A stretch of 64,000 nucleotides of DNA from the NCBI GenBank assembly GCA_963815215.1, contig CAWFFU010000008.1, positions 192,001 through 256,000 of the forward strand. The letters are read 5' to 3'. How positions within the stretch are numbered: the first letter of the stretch is position 1; each line of letters opens with the position of its first letter. The stretch comes from an uncultured Trueperaceae bacterium. Its GTDB lineage: Bacteria; Deinococcota; Deinococci; Deinococcales; Trueperaceae. The translations under genes were made by a program, and so were the position numbers. Below, piece by piece: positions 31,333 through 39,879 of the stretch. The notes beneath the pieces were generated by a model. That model was given only the letters and a program-made list of their open reading frames with translations. It did no database searches and had not been told where the DNA came from.

Positions 31333-32036
31333 TACTTCCCTAGGTACAGGCTGCCGACCTCGGGGTTGTCGAGCAACGCACGACCCGTGTCCTGGAAGCG
31401 GTTCTGACCGCTCGCCAGAACGTAGCCCCAGTCCGAGAGCTGCAGGGCGGCGGCGGCGTTCTGCTCGACCAGGAGCACGGCTACCCCGGCGTCGCGCAAG
31501 GTCCGGACGTGCTGAAGCGCGGACGACGCGAACTTCGGCGACAGGCCCGCCGTCGGCTCGTCCATCATGACGAGCTTGGGACTGAGCATCAGTGCCAACC
31601 CCAGCGCCAGCATGTGCTGCTGGCCCCCGGAGAGCTTGCCTGCGGGTTTGCTCCTTGCGGTCGCCAGGTCGGGGAACATGGTATAGACGCGATCGCGACG
31701 TTCGCGCTGACTCCCCTTGAGCGTGAAGGCCCCGATCTCCAGGTTCTCCTCCACCGTCAGGCTGGGGAAGGTGTTCTCGACCTGGGGCACGTAGCACAGG
31801 CCCAAGCGCACGATCTGGTCCGGAGCCCAGCCGGTGATGTCCTCGCCCTCGAAGACGACGGAGCCCTGAGACGGCCGCAGGAGACCGAAGACGGTCTTCA
31901 TCAGCGTCGATTTCCCCGCGCCGTTGGGCCCGATGATGCTCACCACCTGGCCCGCGTCGACGGAGATGGCGACATCGGTGAGGATCGTCGTGTCCCCGTA
32001 GCCGGCCGTCAGGGCGGAGACATCCAAGAGGGCCAT
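31332..32036 (-). CDS. Liv-type ABC ATP-binding protein (LivF-like)
   Basis: GPNGAGKST, LSGGQ, DEPTAGL, LLVEQN. Confidence 0.93.
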   Translation of the reverse strand: MALLDVSALTAGYGDTTILTDVAISVDAGQVVSIIGPNGAGKSTLMKTVFGLLRPSQGSVVFEGEDITGWAPDQIVRLGLCYVPQVENTFPSLTVEENLEIGAFTLKGSQRERRDRVYTMFPDLATARSKPAGKLSGGQQHMLALGLALMLSPKLVMMDEPTAGLSPKFASSALQHVRTLRDAGVAVLLVEQNAAAALQLSDWGYVLASGQNRFQDTGRALLDNPEVGSLYLGK

Positions 32037-32792
32037 TCACACCACCGTCCCAAGGTAGGCATCGACGACGTCAGCGTTCTCACGGATCGATCGCATGCTT
32101 CCCTCCGCCAGAACGCTCCCTTCGGCCATCACGATCACGCGCTCGCACAGGCGCTCGACCATGTTCAGGTTGTGCTCGATGATCAGCAGGGTGATGCCGC
32201 GGGCCCGCATCGTCTCGATGTACTCCGCGATGTTCCGTGCTGTGGTCGGGTTCACGCCGGCCAGCGGCTCATCGAGAATGAGCAACTCCGGCTCGGTCAT
32301 GAGCGAGCGCGCGAGCTCGAGCAGGCGCTTCTGTCCCCCGCTCAGATTGGCGGCGTACTCGTTGGCGAGGCGCGTGAGCTGGAAGAGCTCCAGCAGCTCG
32401 AAGGCCTTGCGGACACCTTCCTTCTCGGCCGAGCGAATACGCGCCATCTCGAACACGGTCTGAACGATGCCTTCGAACGGCTGAAGCTGCGCGGCGATCA
32501 GCATGTTCTCCATCACCGTCAGGGCCCTCAGCTCACGGGAGATCTGGAAGGTGCGGGTCAACCCGCGCCGGGCCACCTTCCACATCGGCATGTTGTGGAT
32601 CGGCCGGTCCTTGAAGACGATGCTGCCCTTGTCGATCGGCATCCTGCCGCTGATGAGATTGACGGTGGTGGTCTTGCCGGCGCCGTTGGGCCCGATCAGC
32701 CCGACACTCGTCTGCGGGTCGACCGTGAAGCTGCAGCCGTTGACCGCCTGGTTCCCGCCGAAGCGCTTGTGAACCGACCGTAGCTCAAGCAT
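32037..32792 (-). CDS. Liv-type ABC ATP-binding protein (LivG-like)
   Basis: GPNGAGKTT, RTFQ, LSGGQKRLLELAR, IEHNL, AYLG. Confidence 0.93.
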   Translation of the reverse strand: MLELRSVHKRFGGNQAVNGCSFTVDPQTSVGLIGPNGAGKTTTVNLISGRMPIDKGSIVFKDRPIHNMPMWKVARRGLTRTFQISRELRALTVMENMLIAAQLQPFEGIVQTVFEMARIRSAEKEGVRKAFELLELFQLTRLANEYAANLSGGQKRLLELARSLMTEPELLILDEPLAGVNPTTARNIAEYIETMRARGITLLIIEHNLNMVERLCERVIVMAEGSVLAEGSMRSIRENADVVDAYLGTVV

Positions 32793-33810
32793 GAGGAGGC
32801 TCCTCGCCGTCGGGCGCGGCCGCACGTCCGGTCCGCAACCGGCGGTCGCGCTTGGTCGCCCGCTGGAAGCGGTCCGGCCGCTCCGGGATGATCCCTTGCG
32901 GCCGGAACTTCAGGGTCAGGATCAGGAGCAGGCCGATGATGATGTAGCGGAATGCCTCGATGAGTTGAGGGTTGGACGGGATGCTCGGCAGGAAGCGGGT
33001 CCCTTCGGTGAACACCACGGGCACCAGGATCGCCCCGAGGATGGCACCCCAGTTGTTGCCACTGCCGCCGATCAGGAGTGCGGCCCAGACGAAGAAGGTC
33101 TCGCCGATGAGGAAGGCGCTGGGGTTGAAGGCCCCCACGTAGGCGGCGAGCAGGGCTCCGCCGATGGCGGACAGGATCCCGCCCGTCACGAACGCGCGCA
33201 GCTTCAAGGAGGCGGTGTTGCGCCCGAAGCTCTCCACCACGAGCTCATCTTCCCTAACGCCCCTCAAGATGCGGCCGAAGGGGGCTCGCAGCGTCACCTG
33301 GGCGAACCACACCACCAGTGCCAACATGACCAGGCTCAGGGCGAGGAAGAAGAAGTTGTAGTCGTTGAACGACAGCTTCAGCATGCCGTTGAGGGGTTGG
33401 GGGATCCCCGAGATTCCGTCCCAACCGTTGACGAGCCAGGTCTCGTTCCCCGCGATCAACCACAGGATCTGGCTGAACGCGATCGTGGTGATCGCCAGGT
33501 AATCGCTCCTCAGGCGCCGCAAGGCGATGGCGCCAAGAGCCCAGGCGGCGAGGCCGCCCATCAGCGCCGCCGCCAGCAGACCCACCACGAACGGGGCATG
33601 GATGCCCAGGATGTAGCTCTGCCCCGCCCCGGGGATGGGCTTCCCGAGCGTGACCAGACCGTAGCTGTAGGCGCCGATGGCGACGAAGGCATAGACGCCG
33701 AAGTTGAGGATCCCGGCGAAGCCCCACTGGATGTTGAGCCCGAGCGTGATGATGCTGTAGATGCAGGCGAAGATCGCCAGAACGGTGACGTAATAGCCGA
33801 GGGCGGCCAT
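32785..33810 (-). CDS. Liv-type ABC permease (LivM-like)
   Basis: GLNIQWGFAGILNFG, RLRSDYLAI, GVREDE, IGGSGN, FRPQGI. Confidence 0.92.
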   Translation of the reverse strand: MAALGYYVTVLAIFACIYSIITLGLNIQWGFAGILNFGVYAFVAIGAYSYGLVTLGKPIPGAGQSYILGIHAPFVVGLLAAALMGGLAAWALGAIALRRLRSDYLAITTIAFSQILWLIAGNETWLVNGWDGISGIPQPLNGMLKLSFNDYNFFFLALSLVMLALVVWFAQVTLRAPFGRILRGVREDELVVESFGRNTASLKLRAFVTGGILSAIGGALLAAYVGAFNPSAFLIGETFFVWAALLIGGSGNNWGAILGAILVPVVFTEGTRFLPSIPSNPQLIEAFRYIIIGLLLILTLKFRPQGIIPERPDRFQRATKRDRRLRTGRAAAPDGEEPPHA

Positions 33811-34685
33811 CAGCCGCGTCCCCGCGAAGCGAAGATGCCCTGCGGCCTCACCAGCAGTACGCCGATGAGCACCGCGAAGGCGATCGCGTCCTTGTAGGCG
33901 GAATCCATGTACGACGCGGCAACCGACGTGATGACACCGATGATCAGTGCCCCGAGCATGGCGCCGTACGGCTTGCCGATGCCGCCGACGATGACGGCCG
34001 CGAAGATGACCAACAGGAAGCCGAATCCGGTGAACGGCGTGAAGCTGGCCGTATTGATGGCGAGCACCACCCCGGCCAACCCTGCCATGGCCGTGCTGAT
34101 GAACCAGGTCCAGTCGGTGAGCCAGGTGGTGTTGATCCCGACGATCCGGGCCAGCGTGCGCCGGTCGGACATGGCCCGCATCGCCTTGCCCAGTCGGGTA
34201 TAGCGCAGAAGGACGTGAATCACGATCATCGCTGCGACGGCCAGGCCCAGGATGATGAGCTGTCGAGGCGTGAAGATGAACGGGCCGAGGTGCATGGGCT
34301 GGCTGGCGCCCAGCGCGAACTTCTGGAACTGCGACCCCCACAGCGCGAGCAGCGCGCTCTGGATCACGAGTGAGACGCCGATGGTGGCGATCAGCAGGAT
34401 GATGGGGTTCGACCCTCTGCGCGTGAACGACTCGAGCACCAACCGGTTGACGAGGACGCCCGCCAGGCCGGTGCAGCCGACGACCAGCGGCAGCGCCTCG
34501 TATACGTTGAGGTGCAGGACCGAGCCGAAGAGCAGGGTCAGGTACATCCCCAGGGTCATGAAGTCCCCGTAGGCGAAGTTCACGAAGTTGGTCACGCCGA
34601 ACTGCAACGAAAGCCCGACGCCCGCGATCGCGATGACCGATGCCGTGATGAGCCCGAATCCGATGGAAAGCAACAGGATGCTCAC
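33810..34685 (-). CDS. Liv-type ABC permease (LivH-like)
   Basis: GLSLQFGVTNFVNFAYG, TRLGKAMRA, IVGGIG, VRPQGIF; GTG start after GGAGG. Confidence 0.92.
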   Translation of the reverse strand: MSILLLSIGFGLITASVIAIAGVGLSLQFGVTNFVNFAYGDFMTLGMYLTLLFGSVLHLNVYEALPLVVGCTGLAGVLVNRLVLESFTRRGSNPIILLIATIGVSLVIQSALLALWGSQFQKFALGASQPMHLGPFIFTPRQLIILGLAVAAMIVIHVLLRYTRLGKAMRAMSDRRTLARIVGINTTWLTDWTWFISTAMAGLAGVVLAINTASFTPFTGFGFLLVIFAAVIVGGIGKPYGAMLGALIIGVITSVAASYMDSAYKDAIAFAVLIGVLLVRPQGIFASRGRG

Positions 34686-34939
34686 GGCCGGACCTCCACG
34701 CCGGCACCGTGTGGTCCGCCCCCACCCCAAGTGACGGCTGTGGGGAGCCCGGGGGCGGTCTTGCCACCGGGACGCACGGACGGCGAAGCCCTCTTCTGCA
34801 GGTGCCGTGGAACGGTTCCGGACAGGCTGCGCATCGATCACCCCTTACAGCGACGACGTGACACGAGAGACCCGTGACCCGTCAGGGCGGGCCCACAATG
34901 GCGTGCGCGGGAGCGCACGAAACGACGAGGCGTGTCTCC

Positions 34940-34991
34940 TGGTATACGCGACATACATGTATACAAAGTGAGAAGATGGAGGCCTCCATCT
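34940..34991 (-). promoter_or_regulatory. Control region of the ABC operon with GntR-like GTATAC boxes and an 18-bp palindrome
   Basis: TGGTATAC at 34940, TGTATACA at 34958-34965, AGATGGAGGCCTCCATCT at 34974-34991. Confidence 0.5.
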
Positions 34992-35012
34992 CATCTGAGC
35001 GCCCCATGCAGC

Positions 35013-35050
35013 ACGGATCCCGGCGGGACCGCGCAGCCGCCGGGATCCGT
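35013..35050 (-). terminator. 14-bp stem-loop downstream of the MFS gene
   Basis: ACGGATCCCGGCGG pairs with CCGCCGGGATCCGT; no strong U tail. Confidence 0.5.
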
Positions 35051-35081
35051 ACCGAGGCGATAACCGCCGTCGGTCACACGC

Positions 35082-36812
35082 CTATGGCTCGGCCTCCACC
35101 CTCGTGAGGCGCGCAGGTTCGGCGGGCATGCGTCCCCGGCCGGCGCCCACCCGCTCCTCGGCGTCACCGTCCTCCCCGCGATCGAGCGACGCCTCGTCGC
35201 TCTCGAAGAACTCGTCCTGCTTCAGGTCGATCTCCGGCAGCAGGAAGGTTGCCAAGAACGCCAGGATCGCCACCACCAGCCCGACGGTGAAGATCTCGCC
35301 CATGCCGTGGTTGAGGCCCACCCGGACGGCATGCACGAACTGGTCGTAGAACGCCTGGCCCTGGGACCCGAAGCGGGCGAAGTTGGCTCGGATCGCCTCC
35401 TGGGCCTGCGCCGTGATGAGCCCCTGCGGGTTGTCCAGGGCGGCCTGTTGCTGAGGCGGCAGGGCGCTCAGCATGGTCCGGAGCGGGCCGGGCAGGGCCT
35501 GGTGGAAGCTGCCGGAGAAGCCGCGGGCCAGCAAGGTGCCCAGGATGGGCGCGATGATGACGCCGCCGAGCGATCGCACGAACTGCTGGGTGGCGTTGAC
35601 CACACCCATGATCTTGTAGGGGAAGGCGTTCTGCACCGCCACGTTCAACAACGGAAGGAGCGTACCGATGCCGATGCCCATGACGATCATGTTGCGGACC
35701 ACGGTGGGCCAGGTGGTGTTCACGCCCATGAGGTTGAACAGCACCATGCCACCGACCATGAACAGCGCACCCACCACCGCCAGCAGCTTGTAGCGGCCGG
35801 TGCGGGTCATGAGCCAGCCGGAACCCACGCTGCCGACGATGAAGCTCAGCATCATGGGGGTGAGCACCTCGCCGGAGCTCTGCGCCGACAGGCCCAGGAC
35901 CCCCTGGACGTACAGCGGCAGGAACATCAACGTGCCGAACATACCCATGGTCACCAGCAGGGCGATGACGACGGTGGTCGTGAAGATGGGCTTGGCGAAG
36001 AGCTGCGGATCGAGCACCGGTTCTGGCGCGCGGCGCTCGTTCCACACGAACAGCCCCAGGAAGACGGCGGCGACGGCGAACATGCCGAGGATGAGCGGGC
36101 TTCCCCAGGCGTACTGGCCGCCGGCCCAGGTCAGCGCCAGCAGCAGCGGAACCAGTCCCAGAGCCATCAGGACGCTGCCCTGCCAGTCCAGCTTCACGCG
36201 GTGGTCGACACGCACCCGAGGCAGGGTGGCCAGCACGGCAACGAGCGCCACCGCCGCCACCGGCAAGTTGACGTAGAACACCCAGCGCCAGCCCATGTGG
36301 TCGGTGATCCAGCCGCCGATGGTGGGGCCGATGATGCTGGCGACGCCGAACGTCGCCGCGATCACGCCCATCCAGCGGCCGCGCTCGCGCGGGTTGAAGA
36401 TGTCGCCGATGGTGGCGCGCGGCATGCTCATCAACGCGCCGGCGCCGATGCCCTGGATGCCCCGGGCCAGGATCAGCTCGAGCATGGTGTGCGCCTGGCC
36501 GCTCACCGCCGAGCCCGCCATGAACACCACCAGGCCGAAGATGTAGAACGGCTTGCGACCGTAGATGTCGGAGAGCTTGCCGTAGATCGGCACCGTGATG
36601 GCGGAGGCCATCATGTAGGCGGTGAAGACCCAGGCGTAGATGCTCAAGCCCTTGAGGTCGCCGACGATGACCGGGAGCGCCGTCGACACCACGGTCTGGT
36701 CGAGCGAGGCGAAGAACATCGACAGCAGGACCGCGCCGAGCGCCCACCAACGGGCGTTGCCGGTGATGCGGTTGGTGTCCTGCTGGGCACGGGGGGCCGC
36801 CTTCCGCCTCAT
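35082..36812 (-). CDS. DHA2 (EmrB/QacA) MFS efflux transporter
   Basis: SLDQTVVSTALP, GKLSDIYGRK, ARGIQGIGAG, WRWVFYVNLP. Confidence 0.94.
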   Translation of the reverse strand: MRRKAAPRAQQDTNRITGNARWWALGAVLLSMFFASLDQTVVSTALPVIVGDLKGLSIYAWVFTAYMMASAITVPIYGKLSDIYGRKPFYIFGLVVFMAGSAVSGQAHTMLELILARGIQGIGAGALMSMPRATIGDIFNPRERGRWMGVIAATFGVASIIGPTIGGWITDHMGWRWVFYVNLPVAAVALVAVLATLPRVRVDHRVKLDWQGSVLMALGLVPLLLALTWAGGQYAWGSPLILGMFAVAAVFLGLFVWNERRAPEPVLDPQLFAKPIFTTTVVIALLVTMGMFGTLMFLPLYVQGVLGLSAQSSGEVLTPMMLSFIVGSVGSGWLMTRTGRYKLLAVVGALFMVGGMVLFNLMGVNTTWPTVVRNMIVMGIGIGTLLPLLNVAVQNAFPYKIMGVVNATQQFVRSLGGVIIAPILGTLLARGFSGSFHQALPGPLRTMLSALPPQQQAALDNPQGLITAQAQEAIRANFARFGSQGQAFYDQFVHAVRVGLNHGMGEIFTVGLVVAILAFLATFLLPEIDLKQDEFFESDEASLDRGEDGDAEERVGAGRGRMPAEPARLTRVEAEP

Positions 36813-37282
36813 GCCGGGCCCCCACTCGGCTCGGTCGGCCGGTGCGCCTCCACGGTCTCCGAGAGCGCCTCCATGTCGTCGGCGATGCGCGCGAACGTCC
36901 CGTGGGGCACGCCGTGCAACGCACGCTCGAGGGCCTCGCCCAGCACCGCCCAGCCTGCAGCGGCGGCTTCGGCGCCCGCCTCGGTCACCACCACCACGAC
37001 ACGGCGCCGGTCGACGGTGTCGGGTCGGCGTTCGACGTAGCCGAGCTCGCTCAGGCGGTCCAGCGTACGCGTGACCAGCGGCGCGGCGGTACCGGTGCGA
37101 TCGACCAGTTCGTGGGGATGCGTCGAGCCCCCCTCGAAGGCGTGCAGCATCACCAACTCCTTGGACGTGAGCCCGCAAGCCTGCTCCACCGGTTCCGCAG
37201 CGATCCCGTTGAGTGCGCGCCCGAATCGTCGGGCCGCTCGGGCCATCCGGAACATGTCATCCATCAAGACAGTCGTTTTCAC
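36809..37282 (-). CDS. MarR family regulator
   Basis: VTRTLDRLSELGYVERRPDTVDRRRVVVVVTEAG; start GTG 37282 (leaderless) or ATG 37264. Confidence 0.9.
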   Translation of the reverse strand: MKTTVLMDDMFRMARAARRFGRALNGIAAEPVEQACGLTSKELVMLHAFEGGSTHPHELVDRTGTAAPLVTRTLDRLSELGYVERRPDTVDRRRVVVVVTEAGAEAAAAGWAVLGEALERALHGVPHGTFARIADDMEALSETVEAHRPTEPSGGPA

Positions 37283-37289
37283 GCAGAAC

Positions 37290-37318
37290 AATATACGCGG
37301 TAATAGTTACTCTGTCAA
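37290..37318 (-). promoter_or_regulatory. Consensus promoter TTGACA-N17-TATATT overlapped by an imperfect AT-rich dyad
   Basis: TGTCAA at 37313-37318, AATATA at 37290-37295; AATAGTTAC..GTCAATTATT dyad. Confidence 0.8.
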
Positions 37319-37364
37319 TTATTCTCCAACGAACGACCCCCGCAGACCCGAGTCGATGATGGAT

Positions 37365-37605
37365 CCCGGTCCCGGCCACTCCCGGGGCCGGCGGCTTCAC
37401 GATCGTCAGCTGGCCGAGCCCGATGCCCTGCCCGATCGGCGCGAACGAGTCCTTGTGACCCGCGCCGTCCATCACCGTGAGCGTCCAGTCGCAGGTTCCG
37501 TCGGCGGCGTCCGCGGGGAGCTTCCCGCCGGTCACGGCGTCGAACACGTACGCCCGCCACACCACGGTCTCGCCGGGCTGGGACACGGTGTTCACCACGC
37601 GAACC
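37365..37605 (-). pseudogene. Probable remnant of an exported beta-rich protein gene
   Basis: Coding-like frame VVNTVSQPGETVVWRAYVFDAVTGGKL-PADAADGTCDWTLTVMDGAGHKDSFAPIGQGIGLGQLTIVKP with no credible signal peptide or own stop. Confidence 0.4.
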
Positions 37606-37731
37606 GCTACCTGGGCGACGGGAGTCGGAACGGTGAGCGGATCAGGGTTTTTCACGCCGCATTCAACCGTTTCATGTGGCGAGCGACGAGTATGCGCATC
37701 GGCCCCCGGACGGGGCCGGAAAGAGGTCGGC

Positions 37732-38346
37732 ATGCGCATGCGCACGATGGTCCTGACCGGTTTCATCCTCCTCCTGGGGAGCGCGACGTTCGCCGAGACA
37801 ACGCCGGCGACCGCCGTGAGCCGGGAGTTCCCGCGGGTCCTGGCGACGCTGAACCTGCAACCCGGGCAATCCGCTACCGTCACCGTGCCCGACGCCTACT
37901 TCAAGGGAGCCGCAGCCGGAGAGATGACGATCTACATCCCCGCCAACGTTTTCAAGGATCCCGTCCGCTTCCAGGTGTTGACGTCGTCGAACGGCCGCTG
38001 GGACGGCATGGTGCCGATGGGCCAGAAGGTGGTCGCCAACTTCGCCTACTTGGTCGTCGACACCAGGACCGGCAAGCCCCTGGAGGCGTTCCGGAATCCC
38101 GTGCAGTACACCGTGTCCGACGGGATGATCGACGCCAAGAGCGTGTACTGGGCCGTCAAGCCCGGCGACACCCCTAAGTTCGTCGACGCCAACGCCCACA
38201 GCACGATCCACGGCACCGTGCTGTCGCATCCCACGCCGACCGCCGCCGTGGGATGGATCATCACCACGCCTAAGAGCGACCTGGCGAGCACGATGAAGAG
38301 CGGGGCCTCGAACAGCGGCTCGGGCTCGAGCGGCAACGGCATGTAA
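37732..38346 (+). CDS. Exported hypothetical protein
   Basis: AGAGG RBS, signal peptide MRMRTMVLTGFILLLGSATFA, beta-rich body, Ser/Gly tail. Confidence 0.85.
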   Translation: MRMRTMVLTGFILLLGSATFAETTPATAVSREFPRVLATLNLQPGQSATVTVPDAYFKGAAAGEMTIYIPANVFKDPVRFQVLTSSNGRWDGMVPMGQKVVANFAYLVVDTRTGKPLEAFRNPVQYTVSDGMIDAKSVYWAVKPGDTPKFVDANAHSTIHGTVLSHPTPTAAVGWIITTPKSDLASTMKSGASNSGSGSSGNGM

Positions 38347-38372
38347 CCTCGCCCCCACCCGTACGAACCGCA

Positions 38373-38425
38373 CGTGACCCCCGCGCTTCCAGGAGCCTTG
38401 CATCGGCCCTGGCGCAGGGGTCACG
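38373..38425. terminator. Hairpin between convergent genes
   Basis: CGTGACCCC...GGGGTCACG with further internal pairing (CCAGG/CCTGG). Confidence 0.45.
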
Positions 38426-38460
38426 CCTCGTTCGGAACCGCCGGGCGCCGAGGCCGCGCC

Positions 38461-39555
38461 TCAGCCCTCGCGGTAGAAACGACTGTTGCGGTAGTACGCG
38501 TCGAACAGCAGCTTGGCGAAACCCATCAGCGGAACGGCCAGCAGCGCCCCCAGCACGCCGGCGAAGTGCAGCCCGAGCAGCAGCGCGATGACGACGGTGG
38601 TGGGGTGGAGGCGCACCGTACGCCCCAGCACCAGCGGCTCCAACACATGACCCTCGAGCTGATTGGCAACGGTATAGACGATCAGCACCCCGATCACCGT
38701 CCACCACCCTAACGGCGCCGCCAGCAACAGCGCCGGCGTGATGGCGATGATCGGCCCGAGGTAGGGCACGAGGTCGAACAGACCGCCCAGGAAACCCAGC
38801 GACAGCGCCAGCGGCACGCCCAGGAGAGCAAGTCCCACGCCCGTGACCGCACCGACGATGCCGGCGACGATGAGCTGACCGCGGAAGTAGCCGCCCACTG
38901 CGTGCTCGAACTTGTCGATCACGTCGGCAACGGTGTCCTGGTAGGGCTCGGGGGCCGCAAGCCGGAAGCTGCGGGTCACGCGCTGGAAGTCCGCCAGCAG
39001 GTAGGCGGTCAGCGCGAGCAGCCCGAGGAGCCGCACGACGTCCCCGACGAGCAGCCGCAGCGTATGGAAGAGCCCGCCCCCCGTGACGTAGGTGGCGAAC
39101 TGGTCCAGGAAGTGGCTGGCCCACTGACGGACCTGGGCATGGGCCGAGCCGTAGGCGTTGCTCAGGGCGAGCTTCACGGACTGCGGCAGGGGAGCGTCCT
39201 GGATGAGTCCCGGAACGTGCTGCGTGACGGTGGTGGCCTGTTGGATCAGGGCGGGGAGCTGGTCCGGCAGCCGGGAGAGCTGCTCGAACAGGTCGAAGAA
39301 CAGCAGCGCGAACAGGGCGAGCACCGCAAGAACGGCGAGCACCGACACGACCAGACCGACCCAGCGCACGTGGAAGCGGCGACGGCTCCAACGCACCAGC
39401 GGGTGGAGCAGGTAGGCCAGCACGAAAGCGGTCACCACGATGAACCACACGCCGCGGGTGACCGCCACGAACCAGACCACGGCGGCGAGTAGCGCCAGCG
39501 CAACGAGGACCCGCGCCAGCGGCTGACGCCACAGGCTCGTTATGGCGTCGCGCAC
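38461..39555 (-). CDS. AI-2E (PerM) family transporter
   Basis: LAYLLHPLV, GGYFRGQL, VPYLGP, QLEGHVLEP, LHP, GALLAVP; start approximate. Confidence 0.92.
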   Translation of the reverse strand: MRDAITSLWRQPLARVLVALALLAAVVWFVAVTRGVWFIVVTAFVLAYLLHPLVRWSRRRFHVRWVGLVVSVLAVLAVLALFALLFFDLFEQLSRLPDQLPALIQQATTVTQHVPGLIQDAPLPQSVKLALSNAYGSAHAQVRQWASHFLDQFATYVTGGGLFHTLRLLVGDVVRLLGLLALTAYLLADFQRVTRSFRLAAPEPYQDTVADVIDKFEHAVGGYFRGQLIVAGIVGAVTGVGLALLGVPLALSLGFLGGLFDLVPYLGPIIAITPALLLAAPLGWWTVIGVLIVYTVANQLEGHVLEPLVLGRTVRLHPTTVVIALLLGLHFAGVLGALLAVPLMGFAKLLFDAYYRNSRFYREG

Positions 39556-39879
39556 GCTCTCGCCCCCTTCCGTCGGGTTCTGCCCCGGCACGTCCGGGAC
39601 GCTCACGGGCAATCTACCGCGAGACGAAGGCCGTTCAGGACACGCCCCCGACGTGCGGAGCGCCCGGGCGGCGTGCGGGAGCCCCGTCCACAAGGGCTTG
39701 GAGTCGTGTGTACCGCCATGGTACACTTCCCTCGTGTGGCGGCGGCACACCGCGTCGTCACGCCCCCCGCCAGCACGACGTCGATCACGCGGCCGACCCG
39801 GACCGGGGCCGGCGCGCGTCCAGGCTCCGGGCAGGTCGCCCTGAGCCGCGAAGGTCGGCCGCCGGCCGGAGATGATTCC

